Program-made: the position numbers and the translations under genes
Notes under the pieces: generated by a model
The model's input: only the letters and a program-made list of their open reading frames with translations
Database searches by the model: none
Told to the model about the DNA's origin: nothing
Part shown: in pieces, positions 11,953-24,324 of the stretch
How positions within the stretch are numbered: the first letter of the stretch is position 1
Layout: each line of letters starts with the position of its first letter
Origin: Octopus bimaculoides
Lineage: Eukaryota
Direction: 5' to 3'
Length of the DNA: 45,845 nt
Assembly (NCBI RefSeq): GCF_001194135.2
Contig: NC_068981.1
Span: forward strand, 88,168,889 to 88,214,733

Positions 11953-12399
11953 AGGAACAAGGCCATTCTATAGTCAAAATAATTGTTGTTTATTACATTG
12001 TTCAATATCTGATATATTTTATACATTGCCAAATCTGGTCGAGATTATATTAACCACCCCCAGTTGTTTCAATGGATCAGTCTATGAGGGTAGAACTAGA
12101 CTATAATGGCCTTCCTTTTCTCTTGGGACTAATAAATAAGAAGAAACAAGCAAAAGAAGAAATAACCCAACAACTTATTTCTCTTTCAAATGTCTATTAG
12201 TGTCACTTTAGAAACAGCTGTTTTCTCAATCTATTTTGGATACATTTAAACCTTTAGAGTTAGTATTACATTTCCAACAGATAATACTTCAATCTCATTC
12301 CTCTGATCACTTTTGGGATTTACAGCAGGTTAAATCGAGTAAAGCTTTGCACTACAAACTGAAGAACCATTAGATCATAACTTTCTTTGGCCCATCCTA

Positions 12400-12850
12400 C
12401 TTAGCTGTAAATAGGTCTTAGGTCTTTAGTCTGTTATGAGCCTGCAGTCTCATTAGGCTGGAACCTATCCTGGTTTCTGTGGCATTTAAGTGACTGAGAG
12501 TACAAGACCTTCCTTTAGATCAGTGCTCCGCAACCAGTATGCCACAGCACACTGGTGTGCTATTAGATGATGCCAGGTGTACCCCAGTGTAACCTGAATA
12601 TAATGTCTTCCCTATACTTTTAGCTATATTTTTAGTTCAGGTGTGCTGCTGAATTTTGAAAAGAATATGTGTACCACAAGTGAAAAAGGGTTGCGCAGCA
12701 CTGCCTTAGATGGGATACCATTCTGTTGCAGGCTTAACCAGTTGTTGCTGGTATTCATTTTTAACTGGGTATCCTGAAGTAATGTGAAATTAAGGGTTTT
12801 GTTCAAGAGCACAATGTACCAAGTGATCTGGGAAATGAAGACATGGCCTA
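12400..12850 (-). mobile_element. Old SINE-like element split by a hAT MITE
   Basis: The flanks join as ...TCCTGGTTTCTGTGGC...TTAGAT|GGGATACC...GCAGG...GCTGGTATTCATTT...TTGTTCAAGAGCACAA, typical of minus-strand invertebrate tRNA SINE bodies. Family assignment is from memory. Confidence 0.45.
12521..12703. mobile_element. hAT (Charlie-like) MITE, 183 bp
   Basis: 15-bp TIRs CAGTGCTCCGCAACC / GGTTGCGCAGCACTG (one mismatch); 8-bp TSD CTTTAGAT / CCTTAGAT (one mismatch). Confidence 0.85.
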
Positions 12851-13564
12851 GCACTGTATGATTGATTACTTGTTTCATTGACTTGCTGAACAAATTCAAA
12901 GTATTCTAGTGGGCCTGTGTTAGGATAATATCTCTCACATTTCTATATTTTAACCCTTTTGAGACACATGGTGTTTTGGTATGTGTGTTGCCAAAAAGAC
13001 TAACGTTTTTTTTCTATCGAGATACATCTACTGAAAAGATGATCTCCGATTAGCTATTACACTTCAAAACCAACCATTCACAACATTTGTTCCATCGTGC
13101 TGATGGATCAGCCGCAAAGTCTTTTCAGCTTGTATCACTCGGGCCGCTCAATTGGCTTGAGTGTCCCATGAAGGTTAATCATCTCTGGTTTACTATTGAG
13201 AAGTAAATTTGATGAGAATGAATGACATATGTAAAATCTAGGAATGTATTATTTTAGATTAGTTTCTGTTCTAGAATAGGGAACTTTTCCAGTTCTTTTC
13301 ACTGTTAGTCAATATTTTCAGTGACAGCATAATGAATATTTTTGCAAAAAGATTATTTTCTTTTTTTAATGAGCACATTTATGCAAAAGAGAGTGGATTA
13401 TAGTTAATGAAATCAACTTTATTATACTGCCACCTCTGTGACAATCTTGTTAGCCACTATTGGGATGATTTTCATCTTACAATGTGTATTGTGTTTTTTA
13501 ACATAGCATTGATTTTGCATTCAAGTGTCTCTGTATTAGCTATACATATATCTTCATATTATTA

Positions 13565-13780
13565 AAAGTGATGAGTTGGCAGAAGAATTACCTGAGTGTT
13601 TGACAAAATGCTTTGCGATATTTGTTCCTGTTCTTTATATTGTGAGTTCAAATTTTTCTTAGGTCAACTCTGCCTTTCATTCTTGTGAGGCCAGTAAAAT
13701 AAAGTACCAATCACTGTAGTCAAAGAACTAATCCCATCAAAATTTGTGGCCAAATATTTATGTTAGAAATCATTATTGCA
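13565..13780 (+). mobile_element. Deu/Nin-domain-type SINE (decayed)
   Basis: GAGTTCAAAT...GGTCAACTCTGCCTTTCATTCTT...AAATAAAGTACCA. Confidence 0.65.
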
Positions 13781-13912
13781 TTTACCTTGTTTTCTTCACT
13801 GTTTTTGATCACTTTTTGCAAACCGCATTACACAAAAAGTAATTTTTGGTTTAGTTATGTGAAATTTTTCATACAACAACTCATCCCTGTAAATTCTAAA
13901 TTTTATTTTTAA

Positions 13913-14130
13913 CCCTTTTATCACCATATGCATGTTGAAATATGCTACCTTTGTTTCAATTTTTAAAATAAAGAAGAATTTGGTAAAATAACTTAGTCAT
14001 TATTAAGCTAGTGTTTGGAACATAAATTAACATGAAATTTTGATGGAAGACCTTAATTTAGATCCTTTTAAATTAGGAAGTTTGTATCTTAGAACCAGAG
14101 GCATCTTCAGACAGATTGGTATCAATAGGG
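13913..14130. mobile_element. TTAA-flanked piggyBac-like MITE, family 1
   Basis: TTAA|CCCT...AGGG|TTAA with degenerate 14-bp TIRs. The internal sequence recurs at 20026-20216 and about 2290-2490. Confidence 0.7.
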
Positions 14131-14321
14131 TTAATGTTGATCTTGGTGATTCAAGCATTCTTGCAAAAGTCTTTTGCAAAGCAAATTGAATGTATTTATG
14201 TACCTGAGCTATCTTGAGCTACTCTATGTATCATAGATCTCTGTACTATAGTGTCTGTAAGCTGCAATGCATTCATATGTTTTCCTTTATAGATCCACTG
14301 ATGAAGACATCACATATCCAT

Positions 14322-14550
14322 AGTGGAGGTGTATGGTTTAGTGGTTAGGGTGCTGAATTCACGATTGTAAGATTGTGGTTTCAGTTCTTGAGTAAAGCAC
14401 TTTACTTCATGTTCCGCCAGTCCACTCAGCTGACAAAAATGAGTAATCCTGTGATGGACCAGCATCCCGTCCAGGTGGGGAATATATACACCATGGAAAC
14501 CAGAAAACCATCCCTATGAGTCTGTATGACTCAGGAAGGAACTTTACTTA
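14322..14550 (+). mobile_element. tRNA-derived SINE of another family
   Basis: Head TGGTTTAGTGGTTAGGGTG...GTGGTTTCAGTTC; body ATGGACCAGCATCCCGTCCAGG; tail ACTTTACTTA. Confidence 0.65.
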
Positions 14551-14721
14551 CATATCCATACAGTTCTGCAAATATCTGACTGCTAGAATCACGATCATGT
14601 CTGCTAATTATTTACATTATGTATTGTTTGAATATGCAGCTAGATTTTATTTTTGTTTCTATGTATAAACTTCACTCACATATCACACACATGCGCACAC
14701 ACAAATGTATTATTTCTTTAA

Positions 14722-14844
14722 TCCTTTGACATTCAAACTGGCCTTATCCAGCCCAAATATTCTGATGAGATTATTCATGATTAATTCAAAGCAATGTGAA
14801 TAAATGAGCATTACATTTGACAGAAAGATCTGAATGCTAAAGGG
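14722..14844. mobile_element. TTAA-flanked piggyBac-like MITE, family 2 (short form)
   Basis: TTAA|TCCTTTGACATTCA...TGAATGCTAAAGGG|TTAA. Confidence 0.65.
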
Positions 14845-15815
14845 TTAAACTTGATTTTCAAATTTTTATTGAATGCTCAAATCAATCACTTTGCACTAAA
14901 GTAATATTTTTCATGTATTAACAAAATATTGCTATAATTATGATACACATTGACATATAATATACATATGCAGATATACACAAGATAGACTCTTCCATCA
15001 AGTTCAATACAAGATTATTCCCCCTACAAGGTGGTACTGAAAATTTCTTGTCTTTAAGAGTATAGCAAAGGGCCTGGTTGGAGGCCCAACCTTCGAAGTT
15101 CTTTTACAGGGCTTAGAAAAACTGAAGGACTGCTGCAATAAGAATCTAAGAGGGGAATATGTTGAATAAAATCATAACTGATCCTCCTGTATTTTCTTTT
15201 ACTTGAAGCCAAGAACTTTTCAGCACCCACTCATATTTGATCAACTAGATGACCTAATGATCGAATTAGTCTGTGAAGTGGCTGAGTATCTCATGTGTAC
15301 ATGTTATAATCAAGCAGATTTGGCATGGTGCAGTGTGACATGGCTGGATTTTTGAATTACAAGCACAGTCCATTTGATGGGATTCTGCACAGTTCTTTCT
15401 ACTCAAATTCATTCAAAGTACAAGAGTTGCATGCAGTGGGATCAAACTTGGGATCTGGGGCCTCATAACTGTGAAATGAGCTTCTTAATCACTCAGCCAT
15501 GTCTGCTCCCATTTATACATGAGTAATGTAAATGTGTGTGTGTGTGTGCATGTGGTGTGTGTATGTATATACCCATGCCAGCATGGAGAGCAAATGTTAA
15601 ATGACGGTAGGTATATATATATGTATATATATATATATATATAGTAAGTTAAAATTAAAGTTTAAATTTAAATTTAAAATTTGCTTGTTGGGTATGTCCC
15701 TAGTAGTATGCCGACAAAGCATGTTCACTGCCTTTGGCTACATGACGTCATCAATGGTAATTGCACAATCGCTGTTGGATCTATATTAGGAATTCCTTAG
15801 TGCGTGTTGAATAGA

Positions 15816-15967
15816 GTAGAAACAATGGGTATGGAAGATAGAGTATATTGGAAACTTTATTCATCACAACAATTGCTTTGACACCCTGCAATGCAGGATG
15901 TGTTGAAACGATCGTTTTGATAAATAAAGTTTCCAGTATACTTTATCTTCCATATCCATTGTTTCTG

Positions 15968-15968
<1 letters not shown>
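15816..15968. repeat. Fold-back inverted repeat (60-bp arms), probably a palindromic MITE
   Basis: 15816-15875 matches the reverse complement of 15909-15968 at 52/60. The spacer is also partly self-complementary. It abuts (TA)n. Confidence 0.9.
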
Positions 15969-16037
<69 letters not shown>

Positions 16038-16479
16038 GTATACACACACACACACACACACACACAATTGCCACACAGTTAAAATAGAAAAGTTACAACA
16101 AATCCCCTTAATCCCTTGTCTGAACAGCTTTGGTCAAGGGTTATATACTTCAAAACCACACCAGTAGAGGCATCATGGTGCGATAAGGGATATCACCTAA
16201 TGTTATATAATGACGTTACCATGTCTAACATGAATCCACATTGGAAGCTACACAAGATCAAAGTGGCTGATTGTATGCTGTTGGCATTGAATCTTACTTA
16301 TGAAGCCTAGGTCCAGACGTTGGTTCAGTGGTTGTATTGCCACCTTAACTGTCCCCAGGGAAGGTGATATAGTGGGTAAAGATGTTGTACACAGCAGTTG
16401 ACAACAAAGAGGTCCCTGTTCAATCTTGTGTTTCTTGTGTTCTTGATATTTTGAGATATGTTACATGTGCAGTGTTAGT

Positions 16480-16539
<60 letters not shown>

Positions 16540-16969
16540 NNNNNNNNNNNNNNNNNNNNNNNNNNNNNNNNNNNNNNNNNNNNNNNNNNNNNNNNNNNNN
16601 NNNNNNNNNNNNNNNNNNNNNNNNNNNNNNNNNNNNNNNNNNNNNNNNNNNNNNNNNNNNNNNNNNNNNNNNNNNNNNNNNNNNNNNNNNNNNNNNNNNN
16701 NNNNNNNNNNNNNNNNNNNNNNNNNNNNNNNNNNNNNNNNNNNNNNNNNNNNNNNNNNNNNNNNNNNNNNNNNNNNNNNNNNNNNNNNNNNNNNNNNNNN
16801 NNNNNNNNNNNNNNNNNNNNNNNNNNNNNNNNNNNNNNNNNNNNNNNNNNNNNNNNNNNNNNNNNNNNNNNNNNNNNNNNNNNNNNNNNNNNNNNNNNNN
16901 NNNNNNNNNNNNNNNNNNNNTATATAATATATATATATGTAATATGCATAAATACATGTGTGTGTGTAC

Positions 16970-17040
<71 letters not shown>

Positions 17041-17240
17041 ATATATATATAAGTGTGTGTAAGATATACATAAATATATATCTATATATAATGTACATTA
17101 ATCTCTACATATGTGTCCAATATTTGTACACGTGTGCACAAATTAAGACACACATGCACACATCTATTCACATTTAAGCATATATAGCTATGTCTCTTCA
17201 TATATAGCTATGTCTGTTTCTTTGTACATGTATCAATCTG

Positions 17241-17283
<43 letters not shown>

Positions 17284-17415
17284 CTGTGAGTTTGTGTGTG
17301 TGAGAGAGTGTGTGTGTGGTATCTGGAGATGACTGGTGATCTCATCAACTGAGAGACAGTTTATTTAATAAAACCCCCTCCGATGATGAGATTAACAGTT
17401 AACAGGGAAAAAGTA

Positions 17416-17464
<49 letters not shown>

Positions 17465-18021
17465 TGATGATGATGATCATGATGATGATAAAAATATAAA
17501 TGAAACTGTAAAAAAAAAAGGAGAAAAATACAGCAAAACAATTATTACACAAGAGTTTCATAGATTTGGCAGACAGCATGTTCCAAGCAAATGTACTGAC
17601 TGTCACTTAAAGAGAAATGCAACAACTTTGTTTAGCAGTATTTTTTTTCTTTCTTTTTCTGTTAAAGGGAGGCAGTTTTTGGCATGGTTCATATATAGAA
17701 GCATTCATTTCTCATTTTTTCCTTCTATTTGTTTGTGTATGCTTTCCAGAGTATAGTGAGAGAGTACTAGTTCTAATTATGTTACTATTAAAAAGTGGAT
17801 GCTAAATAAATAAAGAGAGAAATTAAAGCACAAGTCGTTCTTTGTTTCTTACTCTGGAACCTTATGCAATGAAGATGCAATGCTTCACTACCAAGTAATC
17901 AATGTTACGGATCCAGTGAGTGGAAATAATGTTCGTGTGTTGACAGGCCGTGACGTAACAAGTGTACATGTTTATACAGATATATTTACAAATGTATGCT
18001 CCTAATATATATATTCTCAAT

Positions 18022-18360
18022 ATCGCCATCATCTTCATTTAATGTCCTGTTTTCCATGCTGGCATGGGCTGGAGAGTTTGACCAGAGTTGGCAAGCAGGA
18101 GAGCTGCACCAGGTTCCAGTTTGATTTGGCTTGGTTCCTACAGCTGGGTGCCCTTCCTGATGCCAATCACTTTACAGAGTGTGTTGGGTGCCTTTTATGT
18201 GGTACCAGCATGGGTGATTTTATGTGGCATCAGCACAGGGCTCTTGGAGGCCAATCCTCTTCATCAGTGGGGACAGCATTAACAATTCTGGTGTGGAGAA
18301 CAGGTCTTCTTGAGTACAGTAAGGCACCAGATATCTCGGTCCTTTGTTGTCTCTTTGTCA
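18022..18360 (-). mobile_element. Old RTE LINE 3' end (ORF2 tip and 3' UTR)
   Basis: Minus-strand TKDRDIWCLTVLKKT parallels TDRDFWKCAVCEKT of the young copy. Diverged GGGTGCCCTTCCTGATGCCAA UTR motif. Confidence 0.7.
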
Positions 18361-18894
18361 TTTATATATATATTGTTTGTCAGACCTCTCCACAACGAGA
18401 TCCAGTCTTTGTTGCAGTATGGGTTCTTGAGTGCCTCAGTGAACCTGAAAGCAATGTCAGTCAAGTGCAAGCTTCTTTAAGGGTCTCCCATGTTGGAGAG
18501 GTCAAAGGATAGAGACCAAATAAATATGGATCATTTCCTACTAATGGTAAAAATGGGTTTGCAGCCCTACTTAGAAAAAACAAAGTTACTGAAGCATTGA
18601 TGACAACCCAAAACCAGCAAGACCTGGTAGAGGAAGACCTTCCCTCAGGGACAGTGAAGAAAAGGTTTAATCCTGCTGTGTGATACATTGAATAAATGCT
18701 TTCTGCTACAGCTCTTCAGATTCACTAATGCTGTGTGAATGAGATTTGGAAGATAGAAGCTATATAGAAGTTTGTATACACATATTTATATATGTATTCG
18801 TGTATGTGTATGTGTGTTTAGATGCATATGTTTGTATTCATGTGAGTGTATGTGTATGTTTGTCTCCATGTATCTTCACATTGACACTACTTTG

Positions 18895-19010
18895 ACAGTG
18901 ATGATGATGATGATGATGATGATGTTGATGACAATGGTGATGATGATGATAACGATGATGATGGTAATGATGTTGATGTTGATGATGATGATGATGATGA
19001 TGATAGTGAT
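18895..19010. repeat. (GAT)n degenerate microsatellite
   Basis: Directly visible; it explains the poly-M ORF at 18772-19032. Confidence 0.95.
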
Positions 19011-19111
19011 GTATCGTTATATAGCTTGTTGAAAACCTGTTGTACTAGCATTCAGCATGTGTGTGATGAATAGTTACCGATTCCTTGAAAACAACTTCAT
19101 AAACAGCTCAC

Positions 19112-19148
19112 CTTTGCTGTAGAAGTTGCAATAAAAGCAGTTGCTCTG
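19112..19148 (-). other. Candidate 37-nt microexon with tandem (NAGNAG) acceptor, unverified
   Basis: Acceptor ttttttttttttgttttgttctcaag|cag and donor AAG|gtgagc. All three frames are open. Confidence 0.3.
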
Positions 19149-19774
19149 CTTGAGAACAAAACAAAAAAAAAAAAGTGGGGTGGTGGGGTGGAATGGGTTG
19201 AGGTGGGGATGAATGGAAAAGTGTGAGTGCAAACAACAGTTGTTTCTGTATCAAATCATAGTTTATTTTTCTCTTTTTACTACATTGCATCTCTTCATTT
19301 ATGAAAAAAACAAGCAAAACTATTAATGAATGGCTCTCAGCCACTCCACTCCTTCATCTGGTCTCATTATTTTTGTCTGCATTCCTTGGATTTCTTTGCA
19401 TTTTTTGTTTATTTGCTTTGTGTTTTCTTTCATTTTTTTTCTTCTCTTTTTATTGAAATCATTTTACTTTATTTGTTTTGGTTGTCGATGTTATAGTTTC
19501 TAAGAGGTCTTTGTCAGAGGCTAACCGATACTACAGATATTCAGAGAAGATAAGAATAAAGATGATCCCAATATTCTCTCTTTACTATTACACACTATTT
19601 GAGTTTCAGCAATGATAATTAAATTAATTGTATGAGAAGATGATGGTGATGACAATGGAAGGTATTTTTTTTTTTGCTGTCCTTATTGGCACACAATCAC
19701 AAGTAAAAATACAGTGAACTAAATCTGTATAGAACATTAGAATCTATACACTATTTAGTGACTCATTTGGTTAG

Positions 19775-21790
19775 GGGGGATTGTATGGATTGGTAATCTT
19801 GTTTCAGAAAAGCCTAAACATTGTAAAATCAGCAGACTTCAATATGAGTAGCAGTTACAGGCATGTCCTGAGACTAGTGGCTGTTTAACTCTTGATAAGG
19901 ATTAGATGGATTTCTTCAGACATTTGGAGACGTCTCACTCATCCTAATATGTAAGTAGTTGATTGGAATGGTATCTTAGATGCATGATGGGGTTGTTTGG
20001 AGGGCTGGATGTAAAATCCTCTTAACGCCTTTTTTAAACTATATTTCTGTTGAAATACATTGTCTTTGTTTCAATTAAATTTGAAAATAATGAAGAGTTT
20101 AGTAAAATAACATTGTCATGAAATTTTGAATGGCAGTTTTAATTTAGATCACTTTAACAAAATAAGTTTCTGTCATAGAGCCAATGGTTGTGTCAGATGG
20201 GTTAGTATCAAAAGAGTTAAATCTATTCAGACAAGTAAGATTTTAATAGATATTGAATGGTTTTCTGAATATACCAGCATTGTTTAGAAGAAATTGCAGT
20301 GTATTACCCTGGTCATATTCAGATAAAATATCAGATTGGAGGATAGGAATACTGTAGAGTGTTCATGTTATTAGCTAGTTGGTTGCTTTGTGATCTGTGT
20401 GGTCATAAGATTTCGAGACAGGGCCCAAGTACTGGAAGCTGGCCTGCTAATTTCCAGTACAGAAAAACTTACACTGATTAGATTTGTGAACTAGTTAAAA
20501 GGAATTTGATAGAAGATATTAAATATTGTATGTAATGGGAGTTAAACAGGAAATTCAAGGAGAAACACTTATACTAAAGAGCTCAATTTTAGAAAATTTA
20601 AGATTAGAAGATGATTGTGAGAAAGTCATTGTGACCACATGCTGGTAGTGAGAATGGGACTTGACCATCTTTTTTTTATGCTAAACAGGAAGATAACATT
20701 GTTTGTACTATAAGACTCAAAGATACAAAATCTGTTTGATGCCAGAGATGTAATGTGATAACAAAATCATTATACAGTCTTTGACATATTTGAATGTATA
20801 TATAGCATCTGATTCCAAGTAGATGTGTACAATTTTCAAAAGAGCTTTGATGAACTGGTCCTTATTTCGAGGTAGAGGTAAACTGGAGGTGAACTTTAAA
20901 TCCTACCTTGATAATTTCTCGAAATGCTTAGTAGGAAAGATGAGTTGCTGTGAAAAGTATAAAATTGTGCCTGAAATATGGGAAGTACTGAGTGGCTGTA
21001 CACAAGAGAAACCATCAGGACTGTTGGTTAGCTCTATAATGGCCACATGTATTTGTTGCTATTTTATTTGAAGTATACTGCAGCTGCAGCAGACTACATA
21101 CACACCCGCTATTTGAGCTGATGACCTTTGCCGATGATGAATGCAAGCCACATATATGTTATAATAGAGCTTATAGAGTAGATCATCTGGTTCTAGTGAC
21201 TCAATGATTTTAAACCCATAGTGCAGTTAATGATTTTAACCCCATAACAGCTAAAGATTTGGGCCAAAATCATAGGTGAGAGATCGTTGTTTGTTCTTTG
21301 TGTGTCATTTTATCCACACAAGCTTGTGTGATGCTAGCAAATTTATCTGAGAAATTTCCACTGCATGTGGGTATTGCTGCTTGCTCAAACTGGGACATAC
21401 AAAGTTGTATATTATAGTGTTAGACATCTCAGAGACCAAGATGTTCTGCACCAACTTGAATAATATGAAGTGGCAACAGAAGCATGGATTAATCAGAACA
21501 AGTCAGTATGCCATTGGTTTGTTACTGGATGAGGAGTATGAGTAAATTGTTTGGGGTCTACTTTGGTCCAGACCTTAAATAGAGAGGAAATAGAATACCA
21601 AAATCAAAGCCACTTGCTCAGTGTGTCATGCATTCAAAGTGATTGAACTTGCACAATGTGATTACAACAAACTTTTTAACTCCACAACCAAATCTGCAAA
21701 AGTGATGGGCACTACTTCTCTTCGTTTGACTAACTTATAGAAGAAAATATTCAAGCTGAAGGAGACATGGATTTGTCCAACAGGGTTCAA
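19775..21790 (+). mobile_element. Highly decayed L1/Tx1-clade LINE (APE endonuclease and RT), interrupted by a TTAA MITE
   Basis: Motifs occur in the expected order: LFQKSL, RLVAV*, DFFRHLET, DWNGILDA (APE); RQGP/YWKL; CCE...EIWEVLSGCTQEKPSG; PIT/LKIWAKII; YEVATEAWINQNKSV; LFGVYFGPDL. Many stops and indels. Confidence 0.75.
20026..20216. mobile_element. TTAA-flanked MITE, family 1, nested in the Tx1 endonuclease region
   Basis: TTAA at 20022-20025 and 20217-20220; interior similar to 13913-14130. Confidence 0.7.
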
Positions 21791-21801
21791 CTGCAGATTA
21801 A

Positions 21802-22012
21802 CTCTAGCTTTCAGATTGCTCTGTCAAATGTAACATATGTTTATTCACATTGTTTTGAATTAACCAAACATTAATCCTGTAGCTTTGAGGTTTTAATGAT
21901 GAGATGGTTTACTTTTAGAATGACTGTGTAAGGTAGGTGTGAAAAGATTAATCTAGCTGGTTTGAACAAAAAAAAAGACAGGTAGGATATGGCTGGTTTA
22001 AATGCTAAAGAG
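21802..22012. mobile_element. TTAA-flanked MITE, family 2
   Basis: TTAA at 21798-21801 and 22013-22016; ends AATGCTAAAGAG|TTAA, like 14722-14844. Confidence 0.65.
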
Positions 22013-22339
22013 TTAAGCAAGATCTGTTGGAATATATGAAGCAAGAGGCAAGTAGGTGGAAGGATTTGGATTATTGCTGTGGAATAAGACAGAAGTTCAT
22101 TTGAATTAAACACGAAGAAATACTTCAGTGGTGTGACAGTACTGATTAGGTGTTTACTAGGGTTATTAGTGAAATTTTGGGTAAGTAGTCTGCAGTACAA
22201 GTGAAACGTTATAATAGTTCATAGAACTTTTATTCATCAAATGAATGACATATATATTCAGGAAAGATGAGAGTCCTGGTATTGAACATCTAATGCAAAT
22301 GATTGAATTATTGAATCAATATAGAATAAAAAATAATCT

Positions 22340-22500
22340 GCTGAAAGTGATGTATACTTTCATAGATAGTAAACATAGTAGAGGTGACCCTAGGAAGACC
22401 TGGCAGGAAGTATTTCGGTCAGATTTGTAAAATTGTTACCTTAAGGATGATATGAAACATGGTGAGATGCAAATGTTACCCAACCCAGGTTATTATTGAA
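22340..22500 (+). mobile_element. Old RTE ORF2 C-terminal relic
   Basis: RGDPRKTWQEVFRSDL matches the RTE motif RGRPRKTWxEVVRxDL. Confidence 0.6.
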
Positions 22501-23301
22501 GAAAAAAATCATTGTCATTAAGAAAACAATGATTGATGATAGGGATAATTGAGCGATGGTATTGATAATGATGATGATTATGATGGCAGTAGTGATTTAA
22601 TAATATTGGTGTTGTTTAGCACCAGGTTAGAACTGAAATAGCAGATGTGATCAAGGGCATTCCAGCTATGGCCACTCTGTCTATATTTCAGGCATAATGT
22701 ATCTAGGAGTACATTATCCAGAGTCTGTTTCTGTTTTATGATGGTAAGGTATGATAAGAAGGAGATTTGGCTGCTGTTTCTTTTATGTCAAAGCAACTGT
22801 GTAGTGGCTTTTTTTCTAATCATGGTGTTGATAGTGGTGATGAAGAAAGGAAGATAATGTTTATAAAATCATTAAGGAAAAGAGACACTGAGAAAAAAAA
22901 AAGAACCCAAAAGAAAACAAAAACACAAAACAAAAATAAAATAAAGTAAATAAATTGAGAAATAGATGAAGTAAAAGAGAGGAATCAGGTAGAGAGAAAT
23001 TCTTTGTGAGATAAGAATACTGTGGAATCTTAATAGTTTGGGTGAAGATGGAGGCTGGAGCTGCAGAGCAGATAGGAAGACAAAAACAGTTAGCATTTTT
23101 ATTATTCATTAAGAAAGATAACATGCAGCTTGCTCACTTTCCCTCTTTCTTTACACTCGGTCTTTCTTTCTTTCTTTCTTTCTTGCTTTCTTTCTTTCTC
23201 CCCTCCACTTTTAATTCTGTAATCTTTCTCTTTTCTTCATGCAACTTTTGCTTATAACACCTACTCCATCACCCCATCCCACCATACATACTCAAACACA
23301 C

Positions 23302-23373
<72 letters not shown>

Positions 23374-23434
23374 TGTAAGCAGAGATGCAAATACAAGTTC
23401 ACGTGCACACAATAAAGATGTTTATTTTCCACTT

Positions 23435-23469
<35 letters not shown>

Positions 23470-23854
23470 CACACTTGCAACTTCATACTTTTCATGTACA
23501 CAGCCCACACAGAAGCTTATTCATACATGCGTGCATACGGATGCAATGGTTGACCTTGCTCTTAAACTAACACATATCACCTCACACACAATACCTTGAC
23601 TCCTTCACTGACACATATCACGCACTATGTGTGTGTGTGTATGTATCTTTCTCTCTCATTCCCACACAAACTCACTGTTAAATGCATACACACACACAAA
23701 CACATATAAAATATATATAATACATATATGTATGTTTCCGTTGCTTTCTCTGTCTCTGTTCATCTCTATATAATATGCATATATGTGTGTGTGTGTTTGT
23801 GTGTGTGTATATGTACATACACATATATAATGCTTATGCATACATATGTAAAAT

Positions 23855-23992
23855 ATACGAGTTCAGTCAGAAAGTAATGCAGTTTTTTTTTTATTTAGTT
23901 CTTGATTCACCATCACATATACAAGGGTAAGTCAAAATATACAAGGGTAATGCAGATAAATATTGCATTACATTCAGATTCACCCTTGTATA
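23855..23992. mobile_element. Cluster of degenerate mariner-type ends (mini-MITE)
   Basis: TACGAGTTCAGTCAGAAAGTAATGC on the left; GCATTACATTCAGATTCACCCTTGTA on the right; internal TACAAGGGT repeats. Confidence 0.4.
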
Positions 23993-24044
23993 TACAAAAT
24001 ATACATGCATGCATATATATCTGTGTGTGTGTGTGTGTGTATAT

Positions 24045-24305
24045 ATCATCATCATCGTTGTTTAATGTCTGTTTTCCATACTGGCATGGGTTGGACGGTT
24101 TGACTGAGGACTGGCCAGCCAGTAGGCTGCACCAAGTTCCAAGCTGATCTGACAAGGTTTCTTACAACTGGATGCCCTTCCTAATGCCAGTCACTCCGAG
24201 AGTGTAGTGGCTACTTTTTACGTGCCACCGGCACGGGAACCAGTCAGGTGGTACTGGCATTGACCACGTTTGGATGGTGCTTTTTACTTGGCACGGGAGC
24301 CAGGT
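24045..24305 (-). mobile_element. RTE 3' UTR, intermediate-age subfamily
   Basis: (ATC)n then GTTTAATGTC...CTGGATGCCCTTCCTAATGCC...TTTTACGTGCCACC. Confidence 0.75.
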
Positions 24306-24324
24306 GGGGGTCAAGGCACAGACA

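Noticed and set aside
16100-16420. Weak QG...YNIFT similarity to a LINE RT on the minus strand
   Set aside because: A single degenerate motif with no YADD in register; not enough to call.
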